Shown here: piece by piece, positions 27,290 to 40,474 of the stretch
How positions within the stretch are numbered: the stretch's first letter is position 1
Layout: the number at the start of each line of letters is the position of its first letter
Assembly (NCBI RefSeq): GCF_001194135.2
Contig: NC_068982.1
Span: 64,864,794-64,928,793, forward strand
From: Octopus bimaculoides
Lineage: Eukaryota
Reading direction: 5' to 3'
DNA length: 64,000 nucleotides
The notes under the pieces: generated by a model
What the model saw: only the letters and a program-made list of their open reading frames with translations
Database searches by the model: none
What the model was told of the DNA's origin: nothing
Made by a program: the position numbers and the translations under genes

Positions 27290-28740
27290 TTATTATGGTG
27301 GCAAGCTGGCAGAATCATTAATGTGCTGAGCTAAATGTTTAGTGGTATTTCTTCTGGTTCTTTATCTTCTGAGTTCAAATTCTGCCAAGGTCATCCTTGC
27401 CTTTCATACTTGATAAAAATAAAGTACCAGATAAGCACTGTGGTTAATGTAACTGACTATCCCCTCCTACAAAATCTCAAACTTTGTGCCTATATTAAGG
27501 GCGGTGAGCTGGCAGAAACGTTAGCACGCCGGGCAAAATGCTTAGCGGTATTTCGTCTGCGTTACTTCCTGATTTCAAACTTCGCTGGGGTCGACTTTGC
27601 CTTTCATCCTTTCGGGGTCGATTAAATAAGTACCAGTTACACACTGTGGTTGATGTAATCGACTTAAACCCTTTGTCTGTCCTTGTTTGTCCCCTCTATG
27701 TTTAGCCCCCTGTGGGCAATAAAGAAATGTATATTAGAGTTGGCAGAATTGTTTGCATGTTGGACAAGATGCTTAGCGGTATGTCTTTTGATTCATTACT
27801 TTCTGAGTTCAATTTGCGTCAAGGTTGACTTTACCTTTCATCCTTTCTGGGTTGATAAATTAAGCACTAGTTGAACCCTGAGGTTGATGTAATTGATGAG
27901 CCCCCTCCCCCAAAATTTCCGGCCTTATGCCTATAGTAGAAAGGATTATTATTATTATTATTCTATTGAATTGGCAGTGGAATTGCAGTATTTGTTCTGG
28001 CTTTTTACTTTTTGAGTTCAAATCAGAGGCCAACCTTTTCCTTTCACTCTTTTGAAGTTGATAAAATAAAGTACTTGTCAAGTACTGGAGTTGATGTAAT
28101 CAACTAACCCCAATTCCCTAAAATTGCTGCCCTTGTGTCAAAACTTTGAAACCATAATTGTTGTTGTTGTTATTATTATGTGAAGGCAGTGAGCTGACAG
28201 AATTGTTAGTATGTTAGACAAAATACTTAGCAGCATTCCTTTCATCTTTACATTCTGAGTTCAAATTGCATCAAGGTCGACTTTGCCTTTCATCCTTTTG
28301 AGGTCAATAAAATAAGTCCCAGTTGAGTACTGAGGTCAATGTAACTGTTTAACCTCCTACCCCCAAATTTCAGGCCTTGTGCCTATAGTAGAAAGGATTA
28401 TTCTAATTTTTATAATCATTAAGGTGGTGAGCTAGCAAAATCATTAGCATGCCAGATAAAATACTTAGTGGCATTTCATCTGTCTTTACTTTCTGAGTTC
28501 AAATTCTGCCAAGGTCAACTTTGCCTTTCATCCTTTTAGGATCGATAAAATAAGCAGCAGCTGAGCACTGGAGTTGATATAATCAACTAGCACCCCACTG
28601 CCTCCCCCAAATTTCAGGCCTTGTGCCTTGTGAGGTTAACTTTTCCTTTCATATTTTGAAGGTCAATTACATAAAGTAACTAGTCTATTACTAGAAGCAA
28701 TGTTATTGACTAATCCTCTCTTCAAATTTGGGCTTTTCTA
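27290..28740 (+). mobile_element. Head-to-tail array of 6-7 family C SINEs
   Basis: Units start near 27290, 27496, 27731, 27966, 28181 and 28415, with a partial unit near 28630. All on the same strand. The 27496 unit has a different tail (gtttgtcccctctatgtttagcccc). Confidence 0.85.
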
Positions 28741-28878
28741 AGTCATTAGAGTGTAATTTAAGGGAGATTTGACTACTATTTCAAGCATTGTGAGGTGTCT
28801 GATTGCTTTTCTTTGTGTTCTCTGTTCAAATTATGCAAGGGTCAACTTTATCTTACATTCACCTAGTGTTGGTAAAAT

Positions 28879-29226
28879 TGTTGGCACTCCGTTGCTTACG
28901 ACGTCGAGGGTTCCAGTTGATCCGATCAACGGAACAGCCTGCTCGTGAAATTAACGTGCAAATGGCTGAGCACTCCACAGACACGTGTACCCTTAACATA
29001 GTTCTCGGGGATATTCAGTGTGACAAAGCTGACCCTTTGAATTACAGGCACAACGGAAACAGGAAGTAAGAGTACAGCAGGGTTCGCCACCATCTCCTGC
29101 CGGAGCCTCGTGGAGCTTTAGGTGTTTTCGCTCAATAAACACTCACAACGCCCGGTCTGGGAATCGAAACCACGATCCTACGACTGCGAATCCGCTGCCT
29201 TAACCACTGGGCCATTGCGCTTCCAC
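28879..29226 (-). mobile_element. Family B SINE (ggaagcgcaatgg head)
   Basis: 11-bp TSD gttggtaaaat at 28868-28878 and 29227-29237. Small internal deletion relative to the 41468 and 44961 copies. Confidence 0.9.
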
Positions 29227-30009
29227 GTTGGTAAAATAAATACCAGACAACTACCTCTTCTTCAATATTTGTGACTTTATCACCTACTGAGGTTGTTATC
29301 CCTTCAACATATGATATTTAATATATTGATATACTGTATAAAAGTGATGGAATGACAAATTTAATAAAAAAAAAAGGATGACTGCTGGAGTAATTTGATA
29401 ATGGTTTTGATGACTTTAATGTTTATGCATTGACAATGCTGCTAATGTTCTGTTTGTCTTTATGGCAGCCAAAAAAGCTAATAGTTTTGTCTTTGATCAT
29501 TTATTTGCATGTTCCAGGCTAATTGTTTTTGAGGGTAGCTAACAACAACAAGAGCAACTTTATAGGTATAACAGGATGTATGATACCATCATAGTGTCTG
29601 ACTTTGCACTAAATACTTCTCCTAATTTTTCCACCCCAGCACTGCAATTCTCTGGAATCCAGTCCCTTGCCTATGCATTTTTCTGCAAACATTGACTGAC
29701 CTTCAAATGTTCAAACTGTAACAGATGATGACTGTCTTTTCTTCTCACCAGACTGAGAGGAACTACAAAGGTCAAAGGCTCTGCTTTTCCTCATTTGACT
29801 CCACAAATTTAGAAATGTCATCGACTGTTATATTTGTTTAAAGAAAGATTTTCTTTTTCAGTTAATTGAAATTGTTTTTATTTCTTATTCCAAAATGTTT
29901 TTTTTTCTTTCTTTCTTTGATAAAAATCTCAAGTTGATTGAAGCTAAAAATAGTTGGAATCTGAAAATTAAAATTAATTTAAAGAAGTAAAAATATAAAC
30001 TTAAAATAT

Positions 30010-30393
30010 AGGTGCAGGTAAGACTGTATGGTTAAGAAGCTCATTTGCAACTGCATAGTTTCAGGTTCAGTTCCACTGTGTGGTACCTTGGGCAAGTGTT
30101 TTCTACTATAGTCCTGAACCAACCGAGGCCTAGTGAATGTAGTCGGTAGATGGAAACTGTATGGAAGTCTTTCATGTGTGTCTATCTTTGAGCCTGTGTT
30201 TGTTATCCCCCACATTACTTGACAACTGGTGTTGGTTTGTTTACAACCCTTGTAACTTAGTGGCATGGCAAAAGAAACTGATAAAATATGTATGAGACTT
30301 TAAAAAAATAAGTACTGAGGTCAATTTGTTTGACTAAAAACCTTCAAGTGGTGCCCCTGCATGACTGCAGTGAAATGACTGAAACCAATAAAG
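30010..30393 (+). mobile_element. Older family A SINE, interrupted at its tail by a hAT MITE
   Basis: ggtgcaggtaagactgtatggttaag head through atgactgaaacc tail. Confidence 0.7.
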
Positions 30394-30745
30394 CAATGGT
30401 TCTCAACTGGGATCCATATGGTCCCTGAGGGTCCATATAAGGTTTTTGGGGGTCGACGCAACAAAATTGTAAATTGGGGATCCACAATAGTACTTTGAAG
30501 ATCCCTGAAAAAATTTCACTTTAGATGTGTGTATTGGTTATGTATTGCAAGAAACAGCCAGGTTTCTTTCTCTAACATTTTACATAGTTTAACCTACACA
30601 AGTTAATGCATGAAAAACGAAATAGTAATTTTTGAAAGAAGTATCTGTAAAACTAGTTTTTAAACAGTGAATGGCTATGGGGGTCCACCAGAATAAAAAC
30701 ATAATCAAAGGGGTCCATAGATAAAAAAATGGCTGAGAACCCTTG
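30394..30745. mobile_element. hAT (Charlie/Buster-like) MITE
   Basis: Imperfect TIRs caatggttctcaac / gctgagaacccttg. 8-bp TSD caataaag (30386-30393) / cagtaaag (30746-30753) with central TA. A partial reverse copy lies at about 43690-43795. Confidence 0.75.
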
Positions 30746-31133
30746 CAGTAAAGGATAAAAGATATATTAATCTAAATTTGAATTTCAATATCATATTGAA
30801 TGTCAGTTGAAGTTCGAATTTCAATTTCTGTTTTTGAAATTGTTCATATTCTGCTTTAATTGTCTCTTGCTTCAGCTTATGAAAACTTTAGTTAATCAGT
30901 TTGAAACTTGAAACTTAATGAAATATTTTTTAAAAATGTAATGAAATGTAATAAATTTGATCCTTCATTTCAACCTTTGCTTGGATTCACATCATCCTAA
31001 AGGATATTATCAAAAGCTTCAATTGGTAAATTACAAGAAAAAGATAGGAAAATAAATACAGAAAAGTCTACAATTGTTTATTCATCAATATATAAAAAAT
31101 GAAATCCATTAATAACTGAAAATTATATGAATA

Positions 31134-31462
<329 letters not shown>

Positions 31463-31559
31463 AGTGTTAGGTAGGACATAAACTGTAGAAATCAATCCAG
31501 GATGTGATTTTCTGACTCATCTTGGAGAAAAATAACTTTCAATAAAAACTGATTAGAAT

Positions 31560-31775
31560 GTTGCAGGAAATAATTGTAAGATGAATTCTTCAAGCAAAGC
31601 TGACCGGTAGGAGACCTAAAGGTAGACCAAGAATGTTTGGATAATATCCATCGTCTTAGATGGTTATACTTGGGAATCTAGCTGGAAAGTCTAAAGATGG
31701 TTGATTCTGACAGGATCCTAGGATGTACTCCCATGACATTCTTAGGAATAGTGAGTGGAAAAGATGGATGAATAA
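31560..31775 (+). mobile_element. Decayed RTE-clade LINE 3' end (second RTE family)
   Basis: Similar to 48742-48975 and 63563-63810 (caagc..accggtaggagacc...ttgggaatc..gctggaaa...tctgacagg...gatggatgaa). Confidence 0.55.
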
Positions 31776-31929
31776 ATGTGTGTGTGTATGTGTGTACATA
31801 TATTAGGTCTCCTATGTAACAGAAACTATCAACTACACCTAAAAAGCTACCTGGACATTTGAGAGAGTCTATTTTGCATATGCTCTTAGTGCTTATTGCT
31901 TAGCCTGTATGTGATCTGACCACACACTT

Positions 31930-32830
31930 ATGCAACCGGTTTGTAATGAATACACTATAGAATTCCAACCTGTTTCTTTTCTATATATTGAACATGACCA
32001 TTTCCATGATAATAGCAGGACCCTGGCTGTTCTACTTTCAAATACTTTAGTCTTTGCTAAGTTTACTTTGATGCTTCTTGAATCTAGGTTTTGTTCCTAC
32101 ATCTGGAATGTCTTTTCTAATTCTACATACTCAGCTACAAGAATTATGTCAGTATATACGAGTTTCATGGGTAGCAAGTCTTAAACTTTTCTGTTTTTGC
32201 TTGGAGGACTATAATAAATGGTTGGGGACTGAAGAACCAAGCCCTGATGCACTTCTACCTTCATGCTAATTTCATCACTATACTCATTACTAACTTTCAC
32301 CTTGCTGATTGAGCCTCTGTACATGGCTTGTACAGCTCTCACAAGCTATTTATTTCCTCCTTGCTTTCTTAATGACTACCAGATCACAGAGTGTGAAATG
32401 TTGTCAAAGGCCTTCTCTAGATTGACAAATACCAGATATAGATTATTCTTGGTTTTGCACTTCTACAATAGTCTCACTTGAAAGACAGCAATAATAGCAC
32501 TTCTTTTTGGCATAAAACCAAAATTGTGTCTCATCTTAGTTCATTTTATTCCTAATCAATTGAGATATAACTCTTTCCATAACTTTCACAACTTGATCTA
32601 ATATTTTAACACCTCTGTAGTTTCCTCTTTCTAGCGCATCTCTGACCTTGTAGTAGTTGATGATGATGCTGTTATACCAATTATTGAGTATGACACCCTT
32701 TTGTACTACCTTATTTACTATGTGAATGACTAGTCCATTTCCCACTCTTCCAAGCCTCACTGTGGTAATTCCTGATAGATCAAGTACCTTCTCTGCCTTC
32801 GTGTCCTTAATCATCCTAGCCACCACCAGG
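31930..32830 (-). mobile_element. Decayed RTE reverse transcriptase fragment
   Basis: Minus-strand translation KVRDALERGNYRGVKILDQVVKVMERVI...QFGFMPKRS...LYLVFVNLEKAFD, the RT domain N-terminal motifs, with stops. Confidence 0.85.
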
Positions 32831-34640
32831 TCACCCTGTTTTGGTTATGGACCTTACTAAATCAGACCATTATGTACTATGACTCTTAACAATAGTAAAT
32901 TTAATATAATAAAAGATATTCTCACCTGGTTGAGTAGATAAAAATCCTATTTTCAACACCTTACAATATAATTATACATATTTTTGTTTGGTAGTAAAAG
33001 TTTTTTTTTAAACACACACANNNNNNNNNNNNNNNNNNNNNNNNNNNNNNNNNNNNNNNNNNNNNNNNNNNNNNNNNNNNNNNNNNNNNNNNNNNNNNNN
33101 NNNNNNNNNNNNNNNNNNNNNNNNTGTGTGTATACATACATACATACATATATACACACACACATATTCTGTAATTGAAAATTTAGTTTATCTTACTAAA
33201 AATAGCTGCCTTGTTATCAGTCTAAATTTGCCATGAATAAAACTTTAACAATGGTCTTCTTGTTGGAAGAAAAGAGCATTTCCTGGTTACAAACCCTTTT
33301 ATCAGTTTAATAATGTCTTTTATACAGTCTGCATGAGGATGTATACAATCATAGCTGAAGGAACACGAGATGTGCCATCTGAGTAACTTTAAAAATAAAT
33401 ATTTTTTTTTTTTACCTTCTTATTTACAACATCAATATGATATCAACAAACAGATACAACTTTTTGTCTTTTTCCTGTTTTTGAAATCTAATATAAAATT
33501 AGAAGTAAACCCTCCCCCATTTTATCTATTTTAAAGAGTAATGTCACTGAAACCTTCAGGCATAAAAGGGTTTTGAATTTTATTCTTACTCATATATGTC
33601 TCATCAGAAGTATTATCATTGTTAAAATAGAAGATTGGCTATCAGTAAAGATCCAGTAAAATACCTTACTATAATATTAATTGCCTTTCTGTGCATTTTG
33701 TGTTCGCTTCCTGTCAGGGTTATCTTTGCTTTTCTTGTTTCCTGGTTCATTAAAATAAGTAAATACTTATCAAATACTAAGGTAGATTAATTGCCTGTTT
33801 TTAGCACTCCCTTCGCCCTCTTGAATCTATGGCCTTCTATCTGTATGAGGAATTTTAATTATTAACGTTGGTATTTACATTATAAGAAATTTAAAATTTT
33901 GAGATAAAGTATTTTTTTTTTATGGTGGTACTCAAAGTGGATAAGGCTATAAATAATAGTATATAGAATATTAGGTTAAAAAAAACTGGTACCTTTGACT
34001 TTTTTTTCCATCCAAAGGTTTTATTTTAAACCCAATATTTTACATTCTGTTATTTATAGCTTTATTGAGTTCTGCTGTAAAAAATTAATTTATTATGTAT
34101 TTTTTTTTTCTGGAGATGTCATTAGGTCTGACCTCTCGCCTCACTGCTTTTATCATCTTCTTTTTATATTTTGACTCTACACAACTTTTGTGACTTAGTT
34201 GTTGCTGTTTAACCCTGGTGAACCCTGATCATCCAGACCTATGATCAAAAGCATTCCAACTATGGCAATCACATCTTTTTGTATATCTGTGTAATACTGT
34301 GTAATGTCTCTTTCTTCATTTTGTTTGCAAGTAATTAGGGTTGGTGAGAGAGAAAGAGAGATTTTGTTGTAATTTCTAGCAGGTCCAGCAACTACATAGA
34401 GACTCTCTCTCTCGCTCATTGCTTCTGTTTTAATGCATTTGGAAGTTTATGTACAAATATGGCTTCTAAAAATGTTTGGTTAATATACCTACCAAAACCT
34501 ACTGTAAATGGGTACAAGCATGGCTGTGTGGTTAAGAAGCTCACTTTGAAGCCATATGTGTCTGGGTTCATGAGCAAGTGTCTTTTTTTGTATCCTATCT
34601 GTGACCAATACTTTGTGGGGTGAATTTAGCAGATGGATAT

Positions 34641-35042
34641 ACTCTTTTACTTGTTTCAGTCTTTTGACTGTGGCCATGCTGGAGCACCACCTTTTAGTCG
34701 AGCAAATCGACCCCAGGACTTATTCTTTAGAAGCCTAGTACTTATTCTATCAATCCATTTTGCCGAACCGCTAAGTTACGGGGACATAAACACACCAGCA
34801 TCGGTTGTCAAGCGATGTTGGGGGGACAAACACACACATACAAACATACACACACACATACATATATATATAAATACATATATACGACGGGCTTCTTTCA
34901 GTTTCTGTCTACCAAATCCACTCACAAGGCTTTGGTCAGCCCGAGGCTATAGTAGAAGACACTTGCCCAAGATGCCGCGCAGTGGGACTGAACCCGGGAC
35001 CATGTGGTTAGTAAGCTAGCTACTTACCACACAGCCACTCCT
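34641..35042 (-). mobile_element. Family A SINE (young)
   Basis: Full-length match to family A. Confidence 0.9.
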
Positions 35043-35414
35043 ATTGGCAAATTAAAGGATGTAAATAATGAGAAAACTGAAATATGATGTTTTATGGGCA
35101 AAATCTCTTAAGAGATATTTGCTCTTCATTGGGTTGCTGCCATTTCCTTGTCAATCTTGCCGTCAGAAATGCAGTGAACCAGTAACTAACCTATTGGAAG
35201 TCTGTAACCAATGACGTTGTTCACCAGTTGAGGTGTCAAATAGATAAAGAAATAAATGAGATAAATGTTTGAGAAAACTTTGAACAGTTGATGTCAATAA
35301 ATAAAGACAAAGAGAAAAAATATTGTATTACCTTTCATAGGTTGTTTGAAGATCCTGTAAATATTTTGGGAAAGATTCCCTCTTCTCAAATAGAAGAAAG
35401 AAAGTAATTAAAGA

Positions 35415-35653
35415 TTACGGAGATGTACTTGCGTAGCAAGTGACCTGATCTGAGATCATGTGCTGGAACGAAAACAATTGCAGCGTGGAAGGTGTTTATA
35501 AGCCATTTAAAATAACACACAAAAGCCGTCAGATTCACTTCAACATTTAAATTTAATTTTAATTTTTAAATTTAATTTAATTTAAATTTAAATGTTGAAG
35601 TGAATCTGACGGCTTTTGTGTGTTATTTTAAATGGCTTATAAACACCTTCCAC
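35415..35653. mobile_element. Fold-back (hairpin) retro-inserted element, copy 2
   Basis: Perfect 72-bp inverted arms 35485-35556 / 35582-35653. Terminus ttacggagatgtac is shared with copy 1 in the opposite orientation. 12-bp TSD agtaattaaaga at 35403-35414 and 35654-35665. Confidence 0.85.
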
Positions 35654-36022
35654 AGTAATTAAAGAGTTTGAAGAAATGTGTTGTTACCAGCAGACCATTT
35701 TAAAATGTTGTGAAAACTGGATCTGAAAAGATGAGGTTCATGAATCTTATTACTTTAACATAACAGTATATATAACTGTATGTGCATACGTAAATACATA
35801 CTCCTGTGTCTGGTCAACACAGAATAATTATATCAAAGAATAGTAGCTGAAAGAGAAAAACTACTTTACTTCTCTTGGCCAATACAATCAGTAATGATAG
35901 AAATCTCAATAAGTTAAATCACAAAGTGAGCAAGGCTAGCTTGACATTCATAAGAGAGAACAACTGTGGAACAAGAAGCACGTCAGTCCAAATTAATTCA
36001 CTGTTGCATTTTTAATTATATA

Positions 36023-36389
36023 TTTTACTCTTTTACGTGTTTCAGTCATTTGACTGCGGCCATGCTGGAGCACCGCCTTTAGTCGAGCAAATCAACCCCA
36101 GGACTTATTCTTTGTAAGCCTAGTACTTATTCTATCGGTCTCTTTTGCCAAACCGCTAAGTTACGGGGACGTAAACACACCAGCATATACACGCACATAC
36201 ATATATATATATATATACATATATATGACGGGCTTCTTTCAGTTTCCGTCTACCAAATCCACTCACAAGGCTTTGGTCGGCCCGAGGCTATAGTAGAAGA
36301 CACTTGCCCAAGGTGCCACACAGTGGGAATGAATCCGGAACCATGTGGTTGGTAAGCAAGCTACTTACCACACAGCCACTCCTGCGCCT
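36023..36389 (-). mobile_element. Family A SINE (young, internal deletion)
   Basis: Matches family A but lacks the ggttgtcaagcgatg...gggacaaac segment. Confidence 0.9.
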
Positions 36390-36987
36390 ATATATTGGTT
36401 ATATTATAATGATGTCTGGAGCACAACTTACATAAAGTCAAATCTTTATTGAATTCTCACACATGTATATTAATATAATGATGAGGTTTTGATCAAGAGT
36501 TTATTTTAAATATGAACATTTTTTATACAGATGGTCATGGGTGGGTTGAAAGGGTTAAGAGGAGACAGTCATCATCTTTGATAAAAAAAAAAAAACGTTT
36601 GTAAAACATTGATTTATAGTTTGCTCAGTGAAAACTTTCCTGCATCAATGTTTGCTGTTTATGATTGAGGTGCAAATTCATGTGTTCAGCTATGATACTG
36701 TTTTAACCACTTGGCAATGGGATTAATTTTCCAGACAACTGGATTAATTTGTCAGACAACAGATGATTTGACTATAAATAACCTGGAATGCAGGCAATAT
36801 AATGCAACAGCAGCAAAATGACTTAACGTTGGTTGACGCATTACCTATACCGATAGATGTTCATTACATACGTAATGTTCTGTTTTTTCAGTGAAATACA
36901 CACGTGATCTGCTGTTATATGATTAAAAGATTTAAAAGGAAAAACTGTTTAATAGTGTGATGTTGCTTATCTAGTTATCTTGTAGTA

Positions 36988-37402
36988 TACTCTTACTCTT
37001 TTTACTCTTTTACTTATTTCAGTCATTTGACTGTGGCCATGCTGGAGCACTGCCTTTAGTCGAGCAAATCGACCCCAGGACTTATTCTTTGTAAGCCTAG
37101 TACTTATTCTTTTCAGTTTCTTTTGCTGAACCGCTAAGTTATGGGTGACGTAAACACACCACCATTGGTTGTCAAGCGATGGTGGGGGGACAAACACAGA
37201 CACACAAACATATACACACATACATATATACATATATACGACAGGCTTCTTTCAGTTTCCGTCTACCAAATCCACTCACAAGGCTTTGGTCGGCCTGAGG
37301 CTATAGTAGAAGACACTTGCCCAAGGTGCCACGCAGTGGGACTGAACCCGGAACCATGTGGTTGGTAAGCAAGCTACTTATCACACAGCCACTCCTGTGC
37401 CT
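36988..37402 (-). mobile_element. Family A SINE (young)
   Basis: Full-length match to family A. Confidence 0.9.
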
Positions 37403-38999
37403 GAAACAAGAATTCAAGTATGGTTATGGTCTTTTTAAAAATATCATCATCATTGTCATCATCACCATGGATCATGTGGAGTTTGTCCAGGCAATTTTTT
37501 TACAGCTGGTTACCCTTCTTGTTGCCAACCCTCACCTGTTTTCAAGCAAGATAATATTTTTCCATGGCTGGACATACTTCCACAAAAGATTAGAAATAAA
37601 CATCACTTGTATGATGATGACATGTGCTTACAAATATTGTGTGGTATCTAGACAAGGACATACAAGCACACACACATTCAAGTACATGCTTTATGGGCTT
37701 CTTTCAGTTTCTGTCTAGCAAGTCCACTCACAAGGCTTTAGTTTGCCCTGGACTGTAAAGTAGAAAACATCTGCCTAAGATGTTCTGTCGTGGGATTGAA
37801 CCCCAAACCATGAGGGATGAAAGCAATCTTCCACACAGTTATGTACACGCGCGCGCGCGCATACATATATGCATATTCTTTACCTTGAGTAGCAGAACAA
37901 TGTTTTATGCCTACAGTACAAATGATGATGATAATCATCATCATCATTCAATATCCGTTTTCCATGCTGGCATGAGTTGGACAGTTTAACTGAAAACTGG
38001 TAAATTGGGGAGCTGTACCAGGTTCCAATCTCATTTGGCATGGTTTCTACAGCTGGATGACCAACCATTCTAAGAGTATAGGACTATAAAAATAATGATT
38101 TCTAGAAGACTTGAAGTTTGAGATGAGGGGCTAGTTGATTATATCAATCCCAATACTTGACTTGTGATTGATTTTATGAATCCTGGAGTGATAAAATGAA
38201 AAGTTGACTGAGACAGAATTTGAACTCAGAATGTAAAAAGGTCATAGCTAAATTACAGAAAGGCGTTTTTGCTCTACCGATTCTGTTAATTTATATAATA
38301 AGCAATAACTTCCAGCTTTGCAACCTGTCCTTTTACTGCACTGGTTCTCGGTTGTCATTTTATTTCCTTGTTCTGACCACTTTCGAATTGATATAGGGTC
38401 TTCTGATATGTTGGGGCTGTGCAGGACAACGATCAGTGCCCTCTATGGACAATAAACATGACTCAGAAGATATATATCCCATTATAATAGATTCTTCATT
38501 ACACATTACCAATTTATTGACTAAACAAATACATTATTTTCACTTGTGTGCCAACTAGCAAATAAAATAAAAAAACGAAAGAAAACACTTGTTCTCTGCC
38601 AGGGAGCTTTGTTCTCCAAGTTACATAGCTTTTCTTACAACTTTCTGCCTTTCTAGTCTTTCCCTCTGCCTTTCTTTTTCTTTCTTTCTGTATTTTATTT
38701 CCTTTGTTACCTTTTAAAATTTCTTTCTTCTTTCTTATCTTTTAAAATTTATTTTTTTCTTTCTTCCTTTCTTATTTCCGCTATTTCTCTCCCCCTCCCT
38801 CCATCTATCTATCTATCTCTGTCTTTCACCGTCCCTCCTTCTCTCCCTATGTTTACTGTAGGTTTTTAGCTAACTGCCTTCCTCTCCACATTCCCTACAG
38901 TATTGTCACAGATTAGGCAGGCTAGCTATATAAGATAACTGAAATATTGATACAACAATACAGAAGACGAAAACTGTTTGGTGGGAGCGGGACGGGAGA

Positions 39000-39071
39000 A
39001 TGGAGCAGGCGGCAAGTCTATTCATTTTGTTATTGTTTACTGTTTCACTAACAACAGGAATTACTTACCAT
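39000..39071 (+). CDS. Candidate first coding exon encoding a signal-peptide-like N-terminus (MEQAASLFILLLFTVSLTTGITYH)
   Basis: TATATAAG at 38927-38934, a CpG-retaining leader, agaATGG Kozak context, a hydrophobic core, and donor GTAAGA at 39072. No downstream exon identified. Confidence 0.28.
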
Positions 39072-39130
39072 GTAAGAATAAAGTGGAATACCTATAGATC
39101 TTCTGTTACTTCGCATACACATACACACAT

Positions 39131-39163
<33 letters not shown>

Positions 39164-39214
39164 TTCTTTAAAAACCATACAGAAGCATACGTATAAAAAC
39201 ACATACTCAGACAC

Positions 39215-39545
39215 ATCAGCACAGATACTCGTACAGAAATTTACACACCTGCATAATTTCTTTTCCTCAACAGGCCCTGCCCTGTTTAATATTGTCCCGA
39301 AACAGATAAAAGAGGAAAAGGACCCCATCAGCTTTAAACGGAGTCTAGACAGCTTTCTTCAGGGAATACCAGACAAGCCACCCATACCTGGATACAACTC
39401 ACTCAATAAGAACTCACTACTTGAATGGACCATAGACCAAACTTGACTGTAAAAAAGATTTAGATAATCCTATCAGGTGGTGCTATTAAGTTAGACATGG
39501 CCTGGACCAATCTTTGGTCGAAACAAATCTAAGTTTTATCTAAGT
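39215..39545 (+). mobile_element. CR1-type LINE 3' fragment
   Basis: Translation HNFFSSTGPALFNIVPKQIKEEKDPISFKRSLDSFLQGIPDKP...NSLLEW. 3' UTR hairpin gacca-atctt-tggtc and a tctaagtt repeat tail. Confidence 0.8.
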
Positions 39546-39572
39546 TTATACATTCAGTATCGTACAGTTATA

Positions 39573-39764
39573 CACGAGGAGGTGCTGAAAAGTTCCTGGC
39601 TTTAGGGTGTCGCAAAAGGTCTGGTTGGAGGCCCAACCTTCCGAGTTCTTTTACAGGGGCATTATGTGAATCTCAGAGGGGAATGTGTTCAATAAAATCA
39701 TAATTAACTAATCGTCCTGTATTTTCTTTTACCCAAAGCCATGAACTTTTCAGCACTCTCTCGA
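39573..39764 (+). mobile_element. Mariner-type MITE, second copy
   Basis: Same TIRs and interior as 26273-26495, with a further deletion. Confidence 0.75.
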
Positions 39765-40474
39765 ATGTGTGTGTATTTATATTTGTGTGTATGTATGCAC
39801 TCACAGATAAACGCTAATGTAACAGGAAATGTGCCACTATGCAGTCACCTGACATGACAGAAATAACAGCAAAATGCCGCAAATGATACACTTTCATGAA
39901 AAGGGATGGTTGCATAGGATAATGTAATTTTAGGTACACAATGCCTATGACAATGATGGGATGGTCATGACAGGAACATAACTGTTCAGTCAGGATTGAC
40001 ATGGGACCAAACGACAACAACATCCATTGTTTAGTCTAATAATTAAACTTATTTCCACATCAGACATAAAGGTCTCAGAGAGCTTTATAAAGTGGAAGTT
40101 GTGACATTCTTGAGTTCCCCACTGTTATTAAGGAAGTTATATGAAATTGGATATCACTGGAATATTAGAATCAGGTTCTTTAGATTTTTAATTAGTTTTA
40201 GCCATCACAGCTAAGGCCATGCTGTAGCATCACTTTTGATGCTGTGTACAGTATTGTTGTTGTTTAACCCCAGGTCAACCCTAATTAGGCCTACAATTAA
40301 ATGTGCTCCATTTTCAGTCATACCAAATCTAGGACTACATTATCCAGTGTGTCCTTTTTTAAGACTGTACAGTGTGATTTGAGGGAGATTTGACTGCTAT
40401 TTCTTGCAGGTCAAGTAACAAAGTAGGGGTTCCATTGGTGGCTTGGTTTTTTTTGATTTCTTATTGTATTTCTG

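Noticed and set aside
33718-33758. Strong-looking acceptor followed by a hydrophobic peptide (VIFAFLVSWFIKI)
   Set aside because: T-rich sequence translates as hydrophobic by default, and there is no supporting context.
35341-35403. Possible 63-bp exon (LFEDPVNILGKIPSSQIEERK)
   Set aside because: No homology recognised, and the donor is weak and lies in the TSD of the fold-back element. Needs RNA-seq.
39000-39446. 148-aa ORF as a single gene
   Set aside because: It is a chance in-frame fusion of a signal-peptide-like start, a microsatellite and a CR1 RT tail. The parts are reported separately.
39480-39520. gacca-atctt-tggtc-GAAAC, resembling half a hammerhead
   Set aside because: No CTGANGA upstream. 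Better explained as the CR1 3' UTR stem-loop.
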